From contig NC_068981.1 of the NCBI RefSeq assembly GCF_001194135.2, forward strand, positions 43,376,374-43,416,957: a stretch of 40,584 nt of DNA, in the 5' to 3' direction. The notes beneath the pieces were generated by a model, which had not been told where the DNA came from, searched no databases, and saw nothing but the letters and a program-made list of their open reading frames with translations. The translations under genes were made by a program, and so were the position numbers. How positions within the stretch are numbered: the stretch's first letter is position 1; each line of letters begins with the position of its first letter. This DNA comes from Octopus bimaculoides (Eukaryota). Of this stretch, positions 1-11,680 are shown piece after piece.

Positions 1-161
1 GGCTAAATAAACCTGTCGCCTAGCCTCCCTTCTGGCACATTGGTACAATTCCCTGCTACCACCGTTCTTCCAGTCCTTCCAAGCCTGTTTCTTTTGTCTA
101 ATAGCCCTGTCTACCTCCTTGTTCCACCACCACGTTACTCTGGGTCGGGAGGGGACCTTAC
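1..161 (+). mobile_element. Possible 3' end of an LTR (unclassified)
   Basis: AATAAA near position 6 and a GC-richer tract ending ...GGGGACCTTACA before (AT)n. CCTTACA is the typical TG...CA LTR terminus. The 5' end lies outside the window. Confidence 0.35.
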
Positions 162-164
162 ACC

Positions 165-232
165 ACATATATATATATATATATATATATATAGATATAT
201 ATATATATGTATATATGTATGTATGTATATAC
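165..232. repeat. (AT)n/(ATGT)n microsatellite
   Basis: Direct reading; explains ORFs 40..279 and 119..370. Confidence 0.95.
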
Positions 233-334
233 ACAAAGAGAATGGAGATCTACACATCCATATTTTATTATACAGTTAATAGCAGCGTTCTTCCTTTGGA
301 TTACTATACTTTCACACAATTTGCAACAACTGTA

Positions 335-452
335 TTCATCTACAAGGCAGTAGTTACCCTGGGGCTATAGTAGATGACACTTACTCAAAGTGTTGTGGAA
401 TAGAGGCAAATCTAAAGCCATAATGTTTGGAAGTGAACTACTTAACCACAGT
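335..452 (-). mobile_element. Degraded SINE family A head
   Basis: Reverse complement resembles the CTGTGGTTAAGTAG...TGTCATCTACTATAGCC head of the intact copies at 7598 and 38056. Confidence 0.6.
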
Positions 453-943
453 TAGAAAACAAAATTGTATAGAGAATAGATTACTCTGATATATTTCCTA
501 TTAGCTTTTTGACACTACTTGCATTAACTATGTTAACTGTAGTTAATTAATGGTTTTACATTCAGTTAACATCATTGTGTAATAAACTCTCAATGGCTGA
601 ATTCATCTTTCTCTAAATATTTTGTGGTTTATTTGTTTAAAGACTGCTCTGACTGAACAAACTAGTGATCAAAGATATTTTATTCATGAACATCCCTTCA
701 TATATTCAAGCCCAGTGAAACACAAGGCTTCCATGTAATTAAGCGTAAAGTAAACTATAAACTTTGCAGAAGTTCAACTTCTCTTCTTGCAAATAGTGCA
801 AACTATACAATTCAGATATGACAAAATTAATTTCTAACATGAGAACTGTGCCACAAATTGTGGGAGAAGGTACATCCAATTAAATCAGCCTTAGTACTTA
901 ACAACTGGTATTGTATTTTAACAACTCTGTCTGGATGAAAGGT

Positions 944-1262
944 GAAGGCACATGGCTTAGGGGTTAGGGTATTTGGCTCACAACTGTAAGGTTGTGAGTT
1001 CAATTCCCAGCAACATATCGTGTCCTTGAGCAAACACTTTATTTCACATTGCTCCAGTGCACTCAGCTGGCAAAAATGAGTAGCACCTGTATTTCAAAGG
1101 GTCAGCCTTGTCACACTGGGTCATGCTGAATCTCCCTGAGGACTATGCTGAGAGTTCATGTGTCTGTGGAGTGCTCATCCACATGCACATTAGTTTAAAA
1201 AGCAGGCTACTCTGTTGATCAGATCAACCTGAACCCTCGCTGTTGTAACTAATGGAGTGCAA
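944..1262 (+). mobile_element. tRNA-type SINE, family D
   Basis: Head GGCACATGGCTTAG..., B-box-like GAGTTCAATTCCC, core GTGTCCTTGAGCAAACACTTTATTTCACATTGCTCCAG; homologous copy at ~21160. Confidence 0.8.
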
Positions 1263-1561
1263 GTTAGTTATTTGGATGAAAAGCACAGTTGAACATGTCA
1301 AGACTTACACTCAGAATATGAAAAATTTGAAGCTAAACACCACCAGACAATTTTCTTCAATGCTCTAAAGATATGTGAATCCACTACCCTAGAATATTGC
1401 TTTACAATCAACTAGAAATCCTTTCCAATCAACTAGAGATACTTTATATTTGGACACTAGAAAGATCATCTAATTATGAATTAAGAGTCCAAGCTTTCTT
1501 AAACATCTAACAATAGTGAATATATTCATATATATATGAAGTAAAAATACTGACTTAAAGG

Positions 1562-1631
1562 TGTAACAGCTCATTATGAAAATAGATATCGGCTTTGTAG
1601 CCAATATCTATTTTCTTAATGAGGTGTTACA
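1562..1631. repeat. 70-nt hairpin (33-bp stem, 4-nt loop)
   Basis: TGTAACAGCTCATTATGAAAATAGATATCGGCT / AGCCAATATCTATTTTCTTAATGAGGTGTTACA, 3 mismatches. Confidence 0.9.
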
Positions 1632-1821
1632 GCTCTTTTTATTTATGTTCTTGTTCTGATGTATTTCTAGTTAATTCAGTATAAGACTATGTCGTTTGTG
1701 GTAACATATTTTAAGCCTTAAAGTATAGAGGATTTCTTTTGAGTTGACACTCAGTCATATTTTGTAGTATAATAAAATAATTATTCAAAGCACTTTACTT
1801 TACTACTGTAACATATTGCCT

Positions 1822-2330
1822 GGAAGTTAAAAAAGAAAGCGGTAAATTCTTTCAGTTACCCTGGCAGCAACATAACATCTATAGAAGCAGCTATAAAGCA
1901 ATATATTAGCAAAGGTTTGGTAGCACTTAAAATGTCAGCCTAATATGGAAATCTAAGCTCTCAGAGAATCTGAAAAGAACTTCTTACACTCAGTCATTCA
2001 ATCTGTATTACTTCATGGCTCTTTGGCCTGGACATAAACCATAACACTTGAAACAATACTAGATGGCACTTATACACACATATTACATACCATTTTGAAT
2101 ATGTCCTGGAAAAAATACTTCACTGAAGACAAATTGCGCAATAATCTTCCATAAGTATTAAATAACATTAGAGGATGAAGTGCTGTCTTTGCTGGATTAG
2201 AAAGGATTTTAGTGTTACCCTACTTTGTAATGTCATTAGGCAGTGATTAGTTAAAAGGTGATACTAGATATCACTGAGAGAAACTATCACCCACCATAAA
2301 AGATAAAGATGAGTAGAGGATGAGAGCTAT
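1822..2330 (+). mobile_element. Degraded RTE/RTEX-type LINE, RT C-terminal region
   Basis: Manual translation across frameshifts: FSYPGSNITS...IWKSKLSENLKR/NFLHSVIQSVLLHGSLAWT*TITLETILDGTYTHILHTILNMSWKK, matching the RTE-group FxYLGS...IWKS...ESVLLYGxExW...LDGxYTRML...SW pattern. Confidence 0.8.
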
Positions 2331-2842
2331 GCATATCTGAGCAAGGGTGTCCATTGACTATTGTGCTATTGCTGGAGAGTTGATAGTTTGTTTAAAATAC
2401 TAAACATAAAAAAGATACAATTAAATATCACAAAGCATTTTCCCAACACTCGAATCTGTCTGCAAGTTCATAACATATAAATATCTTTTTTTAATATGAG
2501 CAGCACAAGACCTCAACATTTGGAGAAGGGGTAGAGTGAAATAAAAATAAATGCAGATTTTTGCTGTTACTTGCTTAACAAACAATAGAAAGGATAGCTA
2601 AATATTACAGTTAATTTTATTTGATACTCTACCAATTTAGCCAATCCATCTCATCAGAATATTGATAACAAGCCATAACATTTTTTATTACAATAACAAA
2701 ATTAATTTAATTATGTCAAAAATTATTTTTGTTTTATTGTATTTCTGATTCACTGAAATAAAAGTAAAAGGGAAACAGTAAAAATATTACCATTAATTTC
2801 CTTGTTGCTTTCTTTTTGTTTTTCATAATGATTATCATTTAG

Positions 2843-2947
2843 TCAAATGACTTAAATTTGGTATTGGTACTATTAACCAGATTAATGGGGAATGAAACTG
2901 AAGAGAAAACAACTGAACCAGATTTGAATACTAACATGAATTTTTGA
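2843..2947 (+). CDS. Candidate terminal coding exon of an unknown gene (SNDLNLVLVLLTRLMGNETEEKTTEPDLNTNMNF*)
   Basis: Long polypyrimidine tract and TTTAG acceptor at 2841-2842, open phase-0 frame to TGA, AATAAA motifs ~190-240 nt downstream. No homology recognised. Confidence 0.3.
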   Translation, partial: SNDLNLVLVLLTRLMGNETEEKTTEPDLNTNMNF

Positions 2948-5574
2948 GCTGATTTATGTAATATGATTAAACTTAGATTACTTAAAAAACAGTTTTCAGG
3001 AACTAAAATTCCTTCAAATTATTTTTATTGAAACCAATTTCAGTTGTGTGAACTGTGTGTATATTGGTGGAGAATATGCGTGTGTGAGTGTGTGTAAGCA
3101 AAAGGAATATTTGTAGTAGATTGATGTTTTGAATTATGAATAAAGTTTGAAGAATGAACTTAAAAGTACTTATGGCCTAATCTCAAATAAAATATAAAAA
3201 GGATTAAATGAAATTGCCATGTGACCTTAATTCTATAATAAGGTTGATAGAATACTGACAGATTTAATATATTCTTTTTTTTCAAAATCAAGTGATTTAA
3301 TAATCTGGAAAATTTTGCGTTGAACACTCTTATTGCTTTAGTGGTGACCCAGGGAAGATTACTAACAACTATTGTGACAAATTATGCAGGACAGTAAATT
3401 GACAGAATCATAAGAGCATTAGCCTAAAGGTCAGGTTTGCAATTTCTCCTTGTGCAGGTGTGATGCGGAGGGTGATCCATTGGCAGTAAAGAAAGATTTT
3501 AGGGTGATGCTCTGGCAGTGAGGGAGGAAGTGATGCCACGTAATGAAACAAGCTTTTGAACAATCTCTTTCTTGGATGAGAAGCCAGTGTGAACAGATGT
3601 GTGTAAGAAGTTTTGATGTATTGTAGAGTTCTGACCAAGAGGTTTGGGTTAGTGAACATATAGGGTCTCACATCAAGTTCCACTCAGATTGTAGAGTAGT
3701 TTTCGTTTTTGCAGTTGTTTCATCAATCCAAGTTAAGAGCCTTTATTTTGCCATCCTTCATACTTCGGTGGTCATTAAAATACTAGTCAAAAACTGGAAT
3801 CAGCTTAATTGTCAGTACACATGCCTAACAATCAATGTGTTGCTCTTTGACTATGTGTTACAAAATCAATATCATGGTTAGTCATATAATAAGCCATGTG
3901 AATATGTTTTTCTGTATCTGCAAGGCATCAAATAGCAAAAGAAGGGAGGGGAAAAAATAGACAAAAGAGCCAGATAGTCAGCAAGTGAGGAACAGATGGA
4001 GTGAATGCCGCTAATGTAAACAGAAGCTATGATATTCACTCATTGTTCAATTATAACATATTATCCAATAAATTTTAGTCTTTTGCATCCAATATTTTCT
4101 ACAATACAATTTCTTTCTTTTCTTTTTTTATCTTGTTAAAAAATCTTTAAATTATTTTTTAAATGATTAATGTAACAATTAGCAGAGGAATTAACAAGAA
4201 ACTAGCCTTCTGTGCAATAATTCACCATGTTATTAATACTGCAATAAACTACATGAAAACTTCTGTGTCAAGTCAAGGAGATTATCAATATAGCTGTTCA
4301 TCACTTTTTCAAACAATATCGATCACAATATGGTATTATTTAATTATTTTTGTTTGCCTTTTTTCTCATTTATAGATGTTATTTTAATATTTTATTCTTT
4401 TCTTTCTTGGCATGTCATAGTTGCATTTTCCTTTTAATGTTCTTTCTTATTTGATGCTTTTCATGTTCCCATAGTTTCTTTATGTGTTTATACATTTTTC
4501 TATTTATTTATGCAATAAAATGCAAAGAAATACCTTATAAAAAGATTTAAAAAATATTGTTTTGATGCTGTCAACATAGGATTTTAATGAATCTACAACT
4601 CCAAGGCTATTGAAAGTGTTAAAGATTGCTGTCCAAAGAAGCACAGAAAAAAAGCAAAAAAACAAAAACAACTGCTCTTTGTTCTTTGTTTCATTCAGAG
4701 GAAAAGAACAAATAGTGCTTGAATATTGCCTAAGAAATAGAGAAACATATATTGCAATTATATATATTTATTAATCATAAATATGCATAATTTTAATTGG
4801 ATACATTGGATTATGTATCCCTAGAAATCCTCTAGTAAGATGAGTTGGTCCTATCTGAAATGCTCAGTCAGTAATGACATGGAACTAGATAACAACAATG
4901 TAGGAGGAAAGGTAATTCTTGTGCTTATAATATGTATCAAGGCTTGGCAGATTGGTGGAATGAGTAAAGCAGGGGGAAAAAGAGACAAAACAATATTTAA
5001 TCATGTTTCTTAATGTTCTTCGCTCAAAATCCATTGATGTCAATTGCATTTTTCATTCTTCCAGGGTTGATAAAATAAACATCAATAAAGTATACACCCC
5101 TCCTTTGTGCTTTTGCTAGAAATCAATATTACGTGTGATGATCAATTCCTAGTGTACTTTTATAAATTGTTAAGTCACAAATATCAATGTTGAAATTGGC
5201 TGGAAAATTCTGTATAGCCACCAGTTGGATTTCATTTCCATTACATTGCCAATGCATTTGGGAAAGCCATGAATATCTAAATATTCCATTTCTTCTCTTT
5301 TGAGACTTTATTTTAAATTAACAAAGCTAGGATGGGACCAGTGTATTAATTTGTAATTTCTTGATACATGTGTTTATCCTGGCTTTTAGAATAGGTACAC
5401 CATATATCTGCTTGTTATAAGAAGCAATTAAAGTAGCTAGGATCAGAAACTGTCTCTGGTCGTAACCCATCCAAAACCTACCAGCAAGGAAAAACATATA
5501 TAAAATTTATCATATTTGCCACAGGGGTGTTTTGTGAAGGGAGCATTGCAAAGAAATATTACAACTGAGTGGAG

Positions 5575-6489
5575 AGTTACATAAAAACATTGAAGGAACA
5601 AGGAAAAGAAGAGTGGAGAAGTAAGATAAAAAGTACACATAGTATACAAGGTATGTGAATATGTGTATGAACCAGTCCTCTTGATACAGAAGAGCCTCCA
5701 ACTAGAGCTAATCGAGGAACCTACAGAGCTAAGATCATTCTAATCACTGAGGACATGGGCCTTCATCTAACTGTTGTTTTCTAATCTACAAGCATATGAT
5801 TAGAGTCACTCCATTCACTCTAACCATTTTCACCACAGCCACCCATTATCATCTCCTGCCCACCATCACTTTCCTTTCCAAGCAGGATGTGAAAATATTG
5901 ATGAAGGTTTGACTGAAGTGGAAGGTATCTGCTTTCAATTCTTTCAGTCTCATCCTTCGTACAAAGTGTGCTTACACCACTAGTTTTTATGCAACAAATA
6001 TGGATTTCCAACCACAAAGAAATAGTATTACCACAAACCAGAGAAGGTCCTAGAAAATCAGATTGTGAAACTCTTGTGGGACTTCACAATCCAAACCGAT
6101 AGAGTTTTTGAACATACAAGGTCAGACATAACTTTGGTGGTGAAAGGTACCGTAAGTAGGTGTTTGTCTGATGTATCTTGACCAGGAGATGATTACATTG
6201 ATAGTAAAGAAAACAAGAAAACTGCAAAATATGCAGACTTGAAAATAGATTTTGAGAGAATGTAGAATATAATAGGATGAGTAGTACCACTTGGGATTGG
6301 AGCACTTGGATCAGTGACGAAAAGGCTTCAGAAATACCTTGACAAAATTGGAATCCCAGCATTATAATATTACAAATGACAATCCTTTTGGGAACAATGA
6401 AAATACTTTCTATTTCAGGTTACATATTTTGATAGGGAGTCAGTTAAATGATCTAGTGTTAACAAGAAAATCATTATACAAATTAAGGT
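5575..6489 (+). mobile_element. R4/Dong-clade non-LTR retrotransposon 3' remnant 1 (restriction-like endonuclease)
   Basis: LCNKYGFPTTKK*YYHKPEKVLENQIVKLLWDFTIQTDRVFEHTRSDI...PGDDYIDSKENKKTAKYADLKIDFERM*...VVPLGIGALGSV; followed by an (AAT)n tract. Confidence 0.85.
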
Positions 6490-6516
6490 ATAATAATAAT
6501 AGTAGTAGTAGTAGTA

Positions 6517-6571
<55 letters not shown>

Positions 6572-6589
6572 TAATAATTATAATAATAA
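6490..6589. repeat. (AAT)n/(AGT)n microsatellite
   Basis: Direct reading; source of poly-N in ORF 6339..6638. Confidence 0.95.
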
Positions 6590-6810
6590 CATGAAAATTG
6601 CTAATCCAAATGCAGAAACTTTAGCACTGCTTGGATAGATTACAAGAAACTAAAACACAGTTTAGTACAGCTCCAGAAAACAGTGTTATTAGGGACAACT
6701 AGGATACTTAGGAGGGTTCTTGGCATCTAAGGTTACTTGTTGTAACCCGATGTTAGGATTCTTTTCCAGCAGTCTAATCTGTTGAGTGTATATGAAAATA
6801 ATAATAATAA
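6590..6810 (+). mobile_element. R4/Dong-like 3' remnant 2, heavily 5'-truncated
   Basis: LQKTVLLGTTRILRRVLGI* at 6671-6730, short 3' UTR, AATAATAATAATAA tail at 6797-6810. Confidence 0.75.
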
Positions 6811-7032
6811 CCTTTTCTACTACAGGCACTACAGGCACAAGGCATGAAACTTGTGAGGTGGGGGTAGTCAATTACATTGACCCCAGTGTGTAACTGACAC
6901 TTATTTCATTGACCTCGGAAGGATGAAAGTCAATGTCAATCTTGGCAGAATTTGAACTCAGAATGTAAGGACAGATGAAATTTGCTAAGCATTTTGCCTG
7001 GTGTGCTAACGATTTTACCAGCTTGCTGCCTT
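6811..7032 (-). mobile_element. SINE family B
   Basis: Reverse complement of the GGCGAGCTGGCAGAA...GAGTTCAAATTC...GTAGAAAAG family (cf. 36063-36269). Confidence 0.85.
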
Positions 7033-7078
7033 ATATAATAATAGTAATGATAATAATAATAATAGTAATAATAATAAT

Positions 7079-7525
7079 GTTTATTAATTGACATGAGTAT
7101 TCCTTGCGATCATAATATAGTGGCGAAAGAATTTGACAAGATCAGTAAATATAAAGACTTACTAATAGAAATTGAAAAAATGTGGCACCTCAAGGTGACT
7201 ACCATACCAGTGATTGTAGGATCTCTAGGAATGATAAAAAAAGGAACTGAAACCTATTTGAAAATGATACCAGGCTTACCATCCCTACAGGAAGTGCAAA
7301 AATTCATGTTAACTGGAACGATTCATGTACTGAGAAGAGCATTATCGCTGTGAAAACAACATCCATTCTTGAATTTATTTATTTATTCATTTTTTTTAAA
7401 ATACATATTTTACCTGTGAACTTGCGTGTGTTAACTGGGAATGCATACAATGAGCTTCTCTGCCTTAGGTGTATGGAAAACACTTGGCTAGAAATGGAAG
7501 AAAATTAGAAGAAAGAAGAAAAAAC

Positions 7526-7526
<1 letters not shown>
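7079..7526 (+). mobile_element. R4/Dong-like 3' remnant 3 (ORF 7093..7353 open)
   Basis: LLIDMSIPCDHNIVAKEFDKISKYKDLLIEIEKMWHLKVTTIPVIVGSLGMIKK...EVQKFMLTGTIHVLRRALSL*; flanked on both sides by (AAT)n (7037-7078 and 7527-7590). Confidence 0.9.
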
Positions 7527-7567
<41 letters not shown>

Positions 7568-7597
7568 GTAGTAATAATAATAATAATAATCAACATA

Positions 7598-8020
7598 GGC
7601 ACAGGAGTGGCTGTGTGGTAAGTAGCTTGCTTACCAACCACATGGTTCCGGGTTCAGTCCAACTGTGTGGTACCTTGGGCAAGTGTCTTCTACTATAGCC
7701 TCAGGCCGACCAAAGCCTTGTGAGTGGATTTGGTAGACAGAAACTGAAAGAAGCCCGTCGTATATATGTAAATATATATATATGTATGTGATGTGTGTGT
7801 ATATGTTTGTGTGTCTGTGTTTGTCCCCCTAGCATTGCTTGACAACCGATGCTGGTGTGTTTATGTCCCCATCACTTAGTGGTTCGGCAAAAAGAGACCG
7901 ATAGAATAAGTACTAGACTTACAAAGAATAAGTCCTGGGGTCGATTTGCTCGAATAAAGGCAGTGTTCCAGCATGGTCACAGTTGAATAACTGAAACAAG
8001 TAAAAGAGTAAAAAGAGAGT
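7598..8020 (+). mobile_element. SINE family A, near full length
   Basis: GGCACAGGAGTGGCTGTGTGGTAAG head, GGTTCAGTCC B-box-like motif, internal (AT)/(GT) tract, GTAAAAGAG tail; homologues at 9121 (-) and 38056 (+). Confidence 0.92.
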
Positions 8021-8300
8021 AACATAGCAATTTGAAATGACTATACTGTTGCGCAGAGGAAGCAAGATAGGCCTCTAAGAATATACACTGACTTAGCATA
8101 GTTGAATTAAATAGAATAAGGCAGTTAAGGTATGTATCCATCACTTCATTTGTAATTGGTGCAACTGGAATGATACATGACCAGTTCTATGAAGACATTG
8201 ACAGATTACTGTTAGAATAGATGTGGGAACGTTCAAGGAAATAGCAATACAAGGTTCTGTAAATATTATTCGGGCATTTCTCAAACAGCATTTGTCAAAC
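8021..8300 (+). mobile_element. R4/Dong-like 3' remnant 4, degraded
   Basis: YTDLA/VELNRIRQLRYVSITSFVIGATGMI.../DVGTFKEIAIQGSVNIIRAFLK, the same C-terminal motif series as remnants 1-3. Confidence 0.65.
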
Positions 8301-9120
8301 ATGAACATATTTTGTGATGTGTGTTTTCAAAGATATACTGAATGCATTTACGTATTAGAAAAGAAACTCATGCAGTATTTCTTAAATAACAACAACAGCA
8401 GTAGCAGCAGCAATAACAACAACAGCAACCACAAAAACAATCTACTGTGACATATGAATGAGAAAGGAAGGAATGATAGATGAATAAGTAAGAAAGGGTA
8501 ATGGCAAACTTGGCAGTGGGGTGATGGAAATTGTACAGTGGAAATAAAAAAATCAAACGTTTCAACTCTGTGTGAGTATATGTGTGTGTGTGTATGTAAA
8601 TGTTTGTGCTTGTGTATGTATGGGTGTGTGTGTGCAATGAAAGTGGGACGGTGAACATTCAATGCTGAAAAGAAAAATCAAACAGCGTTTCAACTCTGTG
8701 TGAGTATATGTGTGTATGTGTGTGTGTGTGTGTGCACAAGGGAAGTATGTGAATGTTTGTATCTGTGATTATTATGTACCCTATTTTGTACCTTATTTAT
8801 ATATAAAATGCTACAGTTAGCTGTCATTTTTGACAGTATGGGGCCAGCTAGTAAGAATAATAATGATGATCACAATAAATAATGATAGCAATTCGTCATG
8901 GTGGTGATTATTTCTTAGTTTAGTAGTTTAGCACAGGCCACATATTTTCAGGAGTGAAATTAATTAAAATTGAAGCCTGTACTTGACTGTTTTTTTTGGT
9001 TTTTTTTGAGATCACCAGGGTAAGGCAAAGATGAGTAGAGAAGTCAATGAGAAGGATTTTTATATTTGCTTGACAGGTTAGAAAGAGTAGTCAGAGTTTC
9101 CTTAAATGTCATCTTGCTAT

Positions 9121-9519
9121 ACTCTTTTACTCTTTTACTTGTTTCAGTTATTTGACTGCGGCCATGCTGCAACTCCGCCTTTAGTCGAGCAAATCAACCC
9201 CGGAACTTATTCTTTGTAAGCCTAGTACTTATATTATCGATCTCTTTTGCTGAACCACTAAGTGACGTGGACATAAACACACCAGCATCGGTTGTCAAGC
9301 AATGCTAGGGGGACAAACACAGACACAGAAACACACACACATATATATACATATATACGATGGGCTTCTTTCAGTTTCCGTCTACCAAATCCACTCACAA
9401 GGCCTTGGTTGGCTCGAGGCTACAGCAGAAGACACCTGCCCAAGATCCCACGCAATGGGACCAAACCCGGAACCATGTGGTTGGTAAGCAAGCTACTTAC
9501 CACGCAGCCACTCCTGCGC
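9121..9519 (-). mobile_element. SINE family A, near full length, inverted relative to 7598-8020
   Basis: Reverse complement aligns end to end with 7598-8020. Confidence 0.92.
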
Positions 9520-9594
9520 TATCTTGAAAATTGAAGAACACATTGGATAATTTTATCTAAAATAAAAAGTTAAAATTACTGGATTTTTTTTTTA

Positions 9595-9947
9595 GATGGA
9601 ATACCTTTGATCACAGTTTTGCAAGAAATAGCTGCAAAATCTCCCTCAAATCACATCCTGCTATCTTAAAATTGGAAAAATGCAGTGAGTAATATGGTCC
9701 AAAAACTAAAGTAAAGTAAAAAAAAAAAAAAAAAAAAAAAGAAAAGGAAAAAAGACTAGGGTTTTTTTTTCTAGGTTGAATGTCTTTGATCATAGTTTTG
9801 CAAGAAACAGCAGTCAAATCTCTCTCAAACTGCATTCAAAATCTTTAAAATAGAACATATTTGAGTTATATAGTTTAAAAAACAGTAGAAACAAGATGTT
9901 ATCTAGATTAAATACCTTTGATGATGGCTCTGCTTAACTGGTGCCAA
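9595..9947 (-). repeat. Three degenerate copies of a short dispersed repeat (GAATACCTTTGATCA core)
   Basis: Related cores at ~9595, ~9774 and ~9905; the same core occurs on + at ~660-700 and ~14262-14325 and on - at ~25880-25920. Confidence 0.55.
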
Positions 9948-9954
9948 CCTCAGG

Positions 9955-10110
9955 CTAAATCAACAACAACAAGAACGAAAATGACAACAACAGGGATGAT
10001 GAGGATGATGATGCTAATGTTGCTGCCACCACCACCACCAGCAGCAACATGGACAATGATGATGCCAATCTTGTCACTCCCTCTGCCACCACTACTAACA
10101 ACAATAACAT
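9955..10110. repeat. Compound trinucleotide microsatellite (CAA/GAT/CCA)
   Basis: Direct reading. Confidence 0.85.
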
Positions 10111-10270
10111 AACAAAACCAAATTTACTGCAGAAGCATTTGAGCTCAAAAGGCAGAGATAGAAAAGTAAATATAGCAATACTGGCAAAGTAAATCTGCTG
10201 CTCTACTATTTCTGCTGAGTCACACTTCTTACCTTAACAAAACAATAAAATCAATTAGGCCAAAAAAAAA

Positions 10271-10308
<38 letters not shown>

Positions 10309-10767
10309 GAAAATGAAGTTGAACAACAGCAATAACAACAAACAACACAATAGTGAAAAAAAAAAAAAAAGACAAGGCAATAAATTTACAACAATAACAA
10401 CAACATTAACAGCAAATTAACATAAAGAAGAGAGATCAAAAACAATTCAGAGAAGACATCTATGGGGAAAAATAAGAGTGTAAATAAGAAAGTCTGTAAG
10501 TGAAATAAGAGGTTGAAACAAAGTATGATTCTGGGAGAACACGAGAGCAAAGTAGAGACGTATGGAGGTGTGATGCAAACCTACTCTGAAATTAATCAGA
10601 AGGAACTGCCAAAAAAAACAAAAAGACAAAAAAAAAGAACTGAAAAAAAAATCAGTAAAAGAAAATAAAAACAAATTGTATTATTACTTTCGTAATTGAA
10701 ATTTAAAAATTTAAACTAAATTTATATTTCATGGTTCTTTATGTTCATGTATGCAAACACTTTTCAA

Positions 10768-10965
10768 ATGCATCAGCATCACCATCCACATCATCATCAT
10801 CATCATCATCACCATCATCATCCTTCTCGTGATAATCATTATCATCAACATTCATCATCAATCATCATCATTTCTATCACTACCATTACAATTTCACTAC
10901 CAATACTACCACCACCACCACCACCGCCACCACCACTGCCACTATTTTCATCACCATCACCATCT
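10768..10965. repeat. (CAT)n/(CAC)n microsatellite
   Basis: Direct reading; source of the poly-His/Pro ORFs. Confidence 0.9.
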
Positions 10966-11318
10966 TAGTAATGGAAATTGCAGCCATGTGTCTTTTTTCA
11001 TTTCAAGAAGAGTATCTTTGTGATAAAACGGTCACCTATAGTTATTATCTTGGTGTAGCATATATCTAGATATTTTGTCAACCACTACAAACAACTAACT
11101 AGAGTCTAATTGATTCAGTAAAGCTGCCAGGAAGCCAGCCACTCACTCTATGACATACGAAACTGAATTTAAACAAAAACAGAGACAGCCTGGCAAGAAG
11201 TGTTGTTATAAACACAGTACATAAGTAAGCTCATATATACAATAGAACCTATCTAGCTTACAGTATTACAAAACATACCTATAGATTTTTAGCCAATACT
11301 AAAATACTTGTAGATACA

Positions 11319-11480
11319 GAGGTGGTTGTGCAGATAAAGAATTCATTTTGTAAGTATGAGGTTTCGAGTTCTATCTCACTGTGTGGAATCTTGGGCAAGT
11401 ATCATCTGTAGGCTTTAGGTTGACCAATACCTTGTGAGTGGAATGGGAAGTGGGAAAACAATATGAAATCACATTATATA
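11319..11480 (+). mobile_element. Degraded SINE family A head
   Basis: GGTGGTTGTG...GAGTTCTATCTCACTGTGTGGAATCTTGGGCAAGT...TTGACCAATACCTTGTGAGTGGA. Confidence 0.65.
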
Positions 11481-11489
11481 TGTTTCAAG

Positions 11490-11680
11490 GTTCGGAGACA
11501 ACAGGTGGACCTGTGCAATTGTCAAGTGGTAGACAGGAGATGTTAAAGACCACTTCAGAAGGCCTTCAGAATAATGGGAAGATGATTTAGTTTAAGGATT
11601 TGGGCCAAGATGGGAAAGAATGGCACGATCAAGAAAGAATTGGAAGCACATCATGACCAATGATGTATACAACATTTGAT
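11490..11680 (+). mobile_element. RTE-type LINE extreme 3' remnant
   Basis: RRPSE*WEDDLV*GFGPRWERMARSRKNW matches the RTE C-terminal GRPxxRWxDDL...WxRxAxxRxxW motif. Confidence 0.6.

Noticed and set aside
3408-3683. 91-aa minus-strand ORF and a plus-strand TGTGCAG acceptor
   Set aside because: No recognisable motif; plus-strand frames hit stops and donors are weak.
4825-4911. Open frame KSSSKMSWSYLKCSVSNDMELDNNNVGGK ending at AAG|GTAATT
   Set aside because: Good donor but poor acceptor and no homology; expected by chance in 40 kb.
8545-8720. Local ~125-bp-period duplication around a (GT)n tract
   Set aside because: Ordinary slippage-type duplication.
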